From positions 1-42,684 of the forward strand of contig CAVEDI010000056.1 of assembly GCA_963614405.1 (NCBI GenBank): a stretch of DNA of 42,684 nucleotides, given 5' to 3'. Made by a program: the position numbers and the translations under genes. Each line of letters starts with the position of its first letter. Within the stretch, counting starts at the first letter, position 1. The notes under the pieces are model-generated. The model did not search any database. It was not told the DNA's origin and saw only the letters and a program-made list of their open reading frames with translations. This stretch comes from Oscillospiraceae bacterium (GTDB lineage: Bacteria > Actinomycetota > Coriobacteriia > Coriobacteriales > Coriobacteriaceae). Below are positions 36,285-42,684 of the stretch, piece after piece.

Positions 36285-37646
36285 ATGCTGCGCAGGAAAA
36301 TAGCGGCAGAGCTGGAGCGCTGGCTGAAGTCTGCCGAGCAAAAGGCCTTATTCATTACGGGTTCTCGTCAGATCGGCAAAAGCTATTCGATTCGCGCATT
36401 TGGCAAAGCCAACCATGCAACCTACATCGAGCTTAACCTCATGGAAAATCGCCAGGCAAAAGATGCTCTTCTCGAGGCGCGGGATGCCGATGATTTCATC
36501 AGCAGGGTGACGCTTCTTTCGGGAAAGTCGATTGCACCAGGCAAAACGCTCGTGTTTATCGATGAGGTCCAAGAGGCCCCCGACATCATGACGATGGCAA
36601 AGTTCCTTGTTGAGGACGGGAGGTGCCGCTGGGCGTTTTCGGGGTCAATGCTCGGGACTCAGTTCAAGGGCGTCAGGTCCTATCCCGTGGGGTATGTCCA
36701 CGAGCTTAGGATGTTCCCGCTCGATTTTGAGGAGTTTTGCTGGGCAATCGGGGTGAGCGAGGGGGCTCGCCAAGCGATACGTGACGCGTGTATCAGCGAG
36801 AGGCCCATTCCTGATTACATTCATGACGCGATGATGGCAAACTTCAGGACCTATACCGTTGTCGGCGGAATGCCGGAGGTCGTGCAACGTTTCCTTGACA
36901 CGCAGGGCGACCTTGCCTCTGTTCGTCAGCTGCAGTCAGAGCTCAACGAACAGTACCGGCGGGATATCTCCAAGTATGCAAGCGGGCGAGCCCTGCAGGT
37001 GCAGAGCATCTACGACCAGCTCCCTATTATGCTCGAGGGCGAAAACAAGCGCTTCGTGCTCAATTCCATTGACCCTAAGGCGCACTACGAGAAGTATCAG
37101 CGAGATTTTGCATGGCTTGTCGATGCCGGCGTTGCTCTCAAAGCCGATATCGTAACCGAGCCAAAATCGCCCCTGCTCAAGACGGCACGACCATCGCAGT
37201 TCAAGCTATATCAATCGGATACGGGCATGTTGATGGCGCGCTACCCCGTTGGAGTCGCCCAAGCGGCGTATCTTGATAGCAAGGAGCCCAATCTGGGCGG
37301 CATTTACGAAAACGTGGTGGCCCAACAGCTGGCTGCCCAAAATCGCCAGCTTTACTACTATCAGACAAAAAAGCGCGGTGAAGTGGACTTTGTGGTCGAC
37401 GGACCGGATGGGACGGCTGTTCCGATCGAGGTTAAATCGGGCTCCTATTACCACGCGCACGCTGCGCTCGGTCATGTGCTTGATACGGCTGAATATGGCG
37501 TAAGGCTCGGGATTGTTTTCTCGAGAGGCAACGTTGAGCGCAACGGAGCGGTTCTCTATTTGCCGCTATATGCGACCTGGGCCCTTTCGGATGTTTTAGG
37601 CGACTCCTGCGCCGAGGGGATAAAGCTGGAGGTCAAGCCGGTCTAG
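36285..37646 (+). CDS. AAA+ ATPase (AAA_14) with DUF4143 / C-terminal PD-(D/E)xK nuclease-like domain
   Basis: Walker A GSRQIGKS, Walker B VFIDEVQ, GGMPE, KLYQSDTG, YEN.VAQQL, EVDFVV, PIEVKSG. ATG 36285 after GAGGGGAG. Confidence 0.9.
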   Translation: MLRRKIAAELERWLKSAEQKALFITGSRQIGKSYSIRAFGKANHATYIELNLMENRQAKDALLEARDADDFISRVTLLSGKSIAPGKTLVFIDEVQEAPDIMTMAKFLVEDGRCRWAFSGSMLGTQFKGVRSYPVGYVHELRMFPLDFEEFCWAIGVSEGARQAIRDACISERPIPDYIHDAMMANFRTYTVVGGMPEVVQRFLDTQGDLASVRQLQSELNEQYRRDISKYASGRALQVQSIYDQLPIMLEGENKRFVLNSIDPKAHYEKYQRDFAWLVDAGVALKADIVTEPKSPLLKTARPSQFKLYQSDTGMLMARYPVGVAQAAYLDSKEPNLGGIYENVVAQQLAAQNRQLYYYQTKKRGEVDFVVDGPDGTAVPIEVKSGSYYHAHAALGHVLDTAEYGVRLGIVFSRGNVERNGAVLYLPLYATWALSDVLGDSCAEGIKLEVKPV

Positions 37647-37658
37647 GGCCAGTCCCGG

Positions 37659-37691
37659 ATGTGACAAAGGGACAGTCCCTTTGTCACATTC
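37659..37691. repeat. Palindromic REP-like element, copy 4 (33 bp identical to copy 3)
   Basis: ATGTGACAAAGGGACAGTCCCTTTGTCACATTC, 12 nt after the AAA gene stop. Confidence 0.92.
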
Positions 37692-37693
37692 AT

Positions 37694-37789
37694 GAGTGTG
37701 GATTTTCTCCCACCGAGATAACGAGCGTGGATTTTCTCCCGTTTAGAGCGCACTCGAACGCTCAAAGTGGGAGAAAATCCACGCTCGTT
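37694..37789. repeat. GAGYGTGGATTTTCTCCC motif, three copies (two direct, one inverted)
   Basis: Copies at 37694, 37723 and inverted at 37769. 37720-37740 and 37769-37789 form a perfect 21-bp stem. Confidence 0.85.
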
Positions 37790-37832
37790 TTATGCCGATG
37801 GCGTGGCCCGTGTGCCCGCGCCGCCCGAGCGC

Positions 37833-38279
37833 CTACAGCTGCTCGAGCATGGCGGTGCAACCGGCGAGCACGTCGCGGTAGGTGGTATCGAAGTTACCGG
37901 TGTACCAGGGATCGGCCACGTCGCCGGGGCGATCGGTCCAATCGAGCAGGCGCGAGATCTTGCCATCGGGGTTCTTCCCAAAAATTCGGTACAGGCCTCG
38001 GGCGTTCTCGTCGTCCATATAGACAATGTGGTCCCAGTCGCCATACTCCGCGCGACGCACCTGACGTGCACGGTGCGCAACGACGGGAATCCCGACCTCG
38101 CGCAGCTTGGCAACGGTACCGTGGTGTGGCGGGTTGCCGATCTCCTCGGTCGAGGTCGCAGCGGAGTCAATGACAAACTCGCCCGCGCGCCCGGCGCGCC
38201 GCACCAGCTCGGTAAACACCGACTCAGCCATCGTCGAGCGGCAGATGTTCCCATGGCAGATAAACAGTACGCATTGCAT
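37833..38279 (-). CDS. Low-molecular-weight protein-tyrosine phosphatase
   Basis: VLFICHGNICRS P-loop, IDSAAT, DVADPWY. Confidence 0.95.
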   Translation of the reverse strand: MQCVLFICHGNICRSTMAESVFTELVRRAGRAGEFVIDSAATSTEEIGNPPHHGTVAKLREVGIPVVAHRARQVRRAEYGDWDHIVYMDDENARGLYRIFGKNPDGKISRLLDWTDRPGDVADPWYTGNFDTTYRDVLAGCTAMLEQL

Positions 38280-38508
38280 ATGCGGTTTCCTTTCTAGGCG
38301 GTCGCGCAGGGCTTACAGACTGCTCTTGAGGCAGTTTGCTCCAATAAAGCCCGCTGCGTAGTTTACCTGCGATAATAACAAGATAAGACCTTTATCCCCA
38401 ACACTTCTACTGCATTCAACGAGTTGAATGGTTCTAAAAATTAGTTTCCAATATAGGGAAGGAAATCCACTTTATTAAGGCCAGAAATCAGGCAAAAGTA
38501 AAAGCAAA

Positions 38509-38546
38509 AGTAGTAAAAACGTAGTACGGCTCAAATTTTTACTACT
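38509..38546. repeat. Integrase arm-type binding sites (Tn916 DR2-like GTAGTA repeats)
   Basis: AGTAGTAAAAA (38509), CGTAGTACGGC (38520) and inverted TTTTTACTACT (38536), just past the int stop codon. Confidence 0.7.
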
Positions 38547-38551
38547 AATGT

Positions 38552-39748
38552 CTACCTGCGGTTTTGTTCAATAGCAAGCATCTCGTCTTGAATATCTTCA
38601 AGCCCAAGATGGGTGTAAACGTTGTAGGTGGTGTTGATATCTGAGTGCCCCATAATGTATCTGAGCTTTGCTGGACTCATGCCAGCGCGTGCCATTCGAC
38701 TACAGAAAGTGTGCCTGAGCTGGTGCGGAGTTATATGAGGCAGTTCTTCCTTATAGATGCGGTTGTGCTTAATGATGGCGCGTTTGAGTCTATGCTCCCA
38801 ATGCAGGGCAACGCATGGCATTTCATTTTTGTCTAGGCAGATAAAGCCTCTAACCCCATCAATAACAGGCTCTTCTTTTGGCTGTGCCCTCTGTTCGATG
38901 AGGCTGCGGAAGGCCTTTTCGACAGAAGCGGTCATAGGGATATACCTCATACCAGATTTTGTTTTGGGCTCTTCAATGTAATACTGCATATCTCTCGCGC
39001 GATGAAGCTGCTTTTGAACACGTATACAGTGACTATCGAAGTCAATGTCATTAAAGGTCAGGCCGCAGTATTCAGAAATTCTGAGTCCAGTGTTCAACAA
39101 GATAAAGTAAGTTTCAAAGTAGCGCGAGAAGTGATGATCCGAGCGCATGAATTCAAGGAATAGCCGTTCTTGTCTAACGCTTAACGATTCTCTGGATACC
39201 GTATCGTTGACTAGAACATTGATAAGTTCGAAGTTAAAAGGGTTGTGTCTTATAATTCCGCATTCTTCGGCCAGTTGGAAAGCTGGTCTGAGTACGCCTC
39301 GGATGCTACAGACGCTGCTATATCCCTTTCCAACATCTTGCTGAAGGTGGATGAGCCATTTCTTTGCATCCAACACCGTAATGTTTGATATTTGGGCCTT
39401 GCTGAAGCTGTCTGTTTTCAGGTAATTGGTGACGGTTTTATAGGCGCTAACAGTTGTCTTTCGTACCGCAGCCTTGGTCGCAAGGTAGTTCTCAACCAGA
39501 GTTATGACGTTCATGTTCTCAGGTGCAATGTGGTCGAAGAGGTCTTTTTGAATCTGCTGTTCTTTCTGCCTTAAGCAGAGGTCTCTCTTTTTGCCGCGTG
39601 GCGTTTGGTCGTGAATTGTCAAAGTCCACGAATAGACAAAGCAGGTTTTTCCCATCCAATTGGTGTATTTGAACGAGTAACGACCGTCTGGGCGCTGGCC
39701 TTCTCCGCGATGGAGAACCCGACCCTTGTTATCTTTCCTATTCGACAT
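38552..39748 (-). CDS. int: Tyrosine recombinase/integrase, Tn916 family
   Basis: N-terminal arm-binding domain RKDNKGRVL..GEGQRPDGRY.FKY...VYSW. Catalytic TGLRISE, PKT, HQLRH, MGH, VYTH. ATG 39748 after GGAAGGAG. Confidence 0.95.
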   Translation of the reverse strand: MSNRKDNKGRVLHRGEGQRPDGRYSFKYTNWMGKTCFVYSWTLTIHDQTPRGKKRDLCLRQKEQQIQKDLFDHIAPENMNVITLVENYLATKAAVRKTTVSAYKTVTNYLKTDSFSKAQISNITVLDAKKWLIHLQQDVGKGYSSVCSIRGVLRPAFQLAEECGIIRHNPFNFELINVLVNDTVSRESLSVRQERLFLEFMRSDHHFSRYFETYFILLNTGLRISEYCGLTFNDIDFDSHCIRVQKQLHRARDMQYYIEEPKTKSGMRYIPMTASVEKAFRSLIEQRAQPKEEPVIDGVRGFICLDKNEMPCVALHWEHRLKRAIIKHNRIYKEELPHITPHQLRHTFCSRMARAGMSPAKLRYIMGHSDINTTYNVYTHLGLEDIQDEMLAIEQNRR

Positions 39749-39980
39749 AGCTTGGATCTCCTTCCAGAGACTCAAGCACGACAACATGATTGTAGCTATG
39801 GGGTTGTCTATGCCATGGTGAAAGGGTTCGTTTATTGGGCTAAATCGAAGGAAATGAGGCCTATTTGCCCCGTTGGGGATGGGGTTGGAGTAAGCGTTCA
39901 TCGGTGCAATTCCAAGCCCGAATCTCGCTCTCAGCGTGCATATTTGCTATAGATTGAGCGAGCATCAATTGAAATCGCAA

Positions 39981-40020
39981 TTTGACCCGCCGCAAAGTAA
40001 AAATACTGTAGCGGGTCAAA
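39981..40020 (-). terminator. Hairpin / probable terminator after the Mrr-domain gene
   Basis: TTTGACCCGC ... GCGGGTCAAA, 8 nt past the stop codon. Confidence 0.6.
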
Positions 40021-40028
40021 CCATTTGG

Positions 40029-42155
40029 CTACCTATCGATTAACGAGTAGATTCTGTTCAAATTTGCCACAAGTGATGCAGACCTTGCTTCGCCGTCGAT
40101 ATCAAATAACGTGAGGGTCGACTCCGATATGCTTTGATAGATGGTGAGGGCGAAATCGGGAATTGCCCAATTAAGCTCATCACTCATGACGAGAGCGAGG
40201 ATTGCGAAGGCGGGGAGCATCTCGCTGTCTACGCCTGATGGGAACAATCCAGCAATTGTGATTACATCGTCCGGTTCGAGGTCATCTTGCCCAGTTAGCC
40301 TCTGGAGATAGAAGAGTTCATCAGCAGACACGTTGTCCTCCTCACGAAGGAGAAAATCGACGCAAGCGATGATTTCAGTCAGCAGCTCATTTGCAAGAGT
40401 GGGGCGAGTTAGTACAGCCTTGTACTTAGCATCGACCAAAGCTGCACTTCCTTCCATCTTGTCTTTTTCCTCCAGCTGGCCTACCGCCTGAAACAGGAAA
40501 TCGTGGAGGCTTTCAATTAGCTCATTCCTTTTTCCGACGGGCGCATTGCGGAACACGGCTTCCTTGTTGCCATCTTCCCTTGAATGCTCAAAGATGGGGT
40601 TGAGCTTATACTGGAGCAGGAGAGCGTCTAGCTTTTTGCCGTCGATTAACTCAAGTTGTTTACCGGCAGCGAATGCTTCAGCCTGCTTTGTGAAGGATCC
40701 GCTTGTTATGAGGATGCCCTTGTTTGCGCGCTCAGAATTAACGACACCGTATAAATCGCGAATGATGGGTTCGCCAACAGAGCCTGTGTAACGTTTGCAC
40801 TGGATAATATACTTACCAGACAGTAATGGCTGTTTGTTAAAGGCGACAATATCGATTCCGCCGTCCCCACTTGCCTTCGTGATTTCAGTTTGAAAACCCA
40901 TGGCAATTAGCAGTTTTTCGGTTAGTGCCTCGAATTCGGCTCCACTTAGTGACTGAATGTCGCGAACTTCCTTTTGGGTTCTGCTGGCTGGGCTACTGAT
41001 GGGGAGGAATTTACCCAGGCTGACGGGCAGGCTCATCAATTCTAGAGTATTAATGGCAGGTGCTATATACAGAGAATTGCGATAGGGAAAATTGCCGGAC
41101 TCCATGAAGCGGGAATAGAAGGGAGAGCCGGGTGTTACTTGCGTTTTGGAATAAGCGAAGCCGAATTTAACGTTAGAGTCAAGCAGGAATGTTCCCCAAG
41201 AGTAATCTACGATTCGTCCGTCTCCGACTTCGAAATTGTTAAGTTCTTCGTTAAGCTCGATGTCTGAAAGATTGTCAAACGTAAAAGGTATGGGGTAATC
41301 AAATTTGACGGATGATATTGCCTGAATAAACAGAGGAAATGTTGCTGCTGAAAAAAAGCTGAAGACGGAGAAATCTAATGGGGTTAGCCAGAATTCCGCA
41401 CGAGTGGGTTCTTTTTTACCGTTGATGCATTCTGCCGCGTCGCAACGCATTACAAGGGTATTGTTTGCCTTTGAATAGACAAATTCCGCACTCAGAAATC
41501 CGCTGGAAATCAGCTTGTCTTTCATATCCAAGAAGATATTTGAGTACTCAGTCTCAGATGGAATGGGGAAGTATCCCTCTGAAGGCGACAACAATAGTGT
41601 TTGATTTTGAATCAGATTTGATTTAGCGATTTCATCGTCAAGCCATGGCTTCCATTCGTTTTCGCATTTGTTCGCCTTTTCTCGGAGGGCTAAAAGCTCC
41701 GTTTCGACATCATCGCTTAAACGGAAAGCTATGCCCCTGTCAGCACATTTGTGCTCACAGTCCTTTAGCGTTTTGGTTACAAAACGGAGTTGGGAAACGG
41801 GGTGGTTGCGCAATCTATAATCAAGGATGTCTGCAAGAACGTCTGTGTTACAGCGAAACACTAGCGCTTGCTCTTCAGGCAGTGTTTCAGACTTAGCATA
41901 TCTTTGTTCTTTAAAAGCTTTTCGGTTGGCGGCAAGCTTGCTGAGGTGCTGATACTTGGCATAAAGATTTGCGTAAGGATTGTAGGGTATGCCAGCTGAC
42001 GAGCAAATTTGTCTTGCATTATCGATTAAGCCTTCGACTTCCGCTTGATCGGCTTCAAACGAAAAATAGGGGTCTTCCGTATCGACAACATCCCTAAGTC
42101 GTTTATTGGCGATTTGGATAGCGTTTTGTGCACGCGATTGCTGCAATACGTTCAA
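40029..42155 (-). CDS. Large protein (~708 aa) with a central Mrr_cat (type IV restriction endonuclease-like) domain
   Basis: LSGAEFE.L...LL..MGF, SGDGGIDI, IIQCKRY, IRDLYG, KGILITSGSFT..A..FA. Start placed at TTG 42155 after GGAAGGAG; alternative TTG 42185 has no RBS. Confidence 0.85.
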   Translation of the reverse strand: MNVLQQSRAQNAIQIANKRLRDVVDTEDPYFSFEADQAEVEGLIDNARQICSSAGIPYNPYANLYAKYQHLSKLAANRKAFKEQRYAKSETLPEEQALVFRCNTDVLADILDYRLRNHPVSQLRFVTKTLKDCEHKCADRGIAFRLSDDVETELLALREKANKCENEWKPWLDDEIAKSNLIQNQTLLLSPSEGYFPIPSETEYSNIFLDMKDKLISSGFLSAEFVYSKANNTLVMRCDAAECINGKKEPTRAEFWLTPLDFSVFSFFSAATFPLFIQAISSVKFDYPIPFTFDNLSDIELNEELNNFEVGDGRIVDYSWGTFLLDSNVKFGFAYSKTQVTPGSPFYSRFMESGNFPYRNSLYIAPAINTLELMSLPVSLGKFLPISSPASRTQKEVRDIQSLSGAEFEALTEKLLIAMGFQTEITKASGDGGIDIVAFNKQPLLSGKYIIQCKRYTGSVGEPIIRDLYGVVNSERANKGILITSGSFTKQAEAFAAGKQLELIDGKKLDALLLQYKLNPIFEHSREDGNKEAVFRNAPVGKRNELIESLHDFLFQAVGQLEEKDKMEGSAALVDAKYKAVLTRPTLANELLTEIIACVDFLLREEDNVSADELFYLQRLTGQDDLEPDDVITIAGLFPSGVDSEMLPAFAILALVMSDELNWAIPDFALTIYQSISESTLTLFDIDGEARSASLVANLNRIYSLIDR

Positions 42156-42684
42156 TCCGATCTCCTTCCAAAGGTATTCCGACAACCGTGGAAGGGGAGA
42201 AGCGCATCATTGCAATTAAGCGATGTGGAAGACGCCCACCACAGTTACCACACCGCAAGGCTTCACATGCGTATGCGAACGGGCCTTGAAAGGCGGGTGC
42301 CCTCCAATTCGCCTGTTTGCATACGCAAAGTAGCAGCTATGCCATTGTGAAGCTCCATCCAAATTATGGATACTGCGGTGTGGTAGATGAGATTGTATCA
42401 AGGACATGGGCTTTCATTTTGAGTAAAAGGGCGAACGGTGCCGCTTCCTGCTGGCATTTCTCAGGGCGCGAAGATTCAAGGCGTTTAGGCAGCTAGCGGT
42501 CTTCTCGATAGCATTGGCGATTATGCCTTGGTAATACGCTATTTACGGTGAAGGTAGACGGTCGGAGGAATTTATTCTTCCTGTCATGTTGATATCAACT
42601 ACATAGATGGGGTCTGCCAAGTAGAAGTTGAGGCCAAAGTGTAAAACACCCCGTATGCTACAAAACAGACTGGGGGCAGGGGCT

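Larger units (their letters stand above)
38350..42684 (-). mobile_element. Integrase-proximal end of an AT-richer integrated element (ICE/IME/genomic island), running off the window
   Basis: Abrupt compositional shift near 38.35 kb, Tn916-type integrase with arm repeats, foreign codon usage. Left boundary is approximate. Confidence 0.8.

Noticed and set aside
38313..38363. - strand peptide NYAAGFIGANCLKSSL* as a duplicated 3' end of the integration target gene
   Set aside because: Cannot be assigned to a gene, and the other att site is outside the window. The att core was not identified and no tRNA was seen.
42400..42645. Possible + strand pseudogene remnant ending ...VDINYIDGVCQVEVEAKV*
   Set aside because: Interrupted by stop codons, with no recognisable family. 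It would need a translated homology search.

Overview
High-GC (roughly 60% by eye) bacterial chromosome segment. Codon usage and gene content suggest a gut Coriobacteriia/Collinsella-like actinobacterium (inference). Positions 1-38.3 kb hold mostly housekeeping and accessory metabolism genes: two heterodimeric ABC exporters (one with MarR), flavodoxin, LtaS-like sulfatase, nitroreductase, a kup / small membrane ORF / truncated KdpD / KdpE locus, RlmKL, a Cof-type HAD, DeoR + transaldolase + ascorbate-family PTS, Tex, a LysR-SDR-MFS-Gfo/Idh/MocA cluster, a GGDEF protein, pyridoxal kinase, an AAA+/DUF4143 ATPase-nuclease and an LMW-PTP. From about 38.35 kb the sequence becomes AT-richer: this is the end of an integrated element with a Tn916-type tyrosine integrase, its arm-type repeats, and a large Mrr-domain protein. 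The most unusual signal is non-coding. (i) A 29-35 bp palindrome with invariant 11-bp arms occurs four times just after stop codons, and two identical copies bracket the AAA/DUF4143 gene like a cassette; that gene also has three 33-bp-period leader repeats. (ii) Two arrays carry a 15-bp motif in alternating orientation at an exact 31-bp period with variable spacers. (iii) A ~105-nt stem-loop family with covarying stems flanks the MarR-ABC operon in inverted orientation. (iv) Several other 65-160 bp hairpin elements are present. No rRNA, tRNA or CRISPR array was recognised. Coordinates were read by hand.
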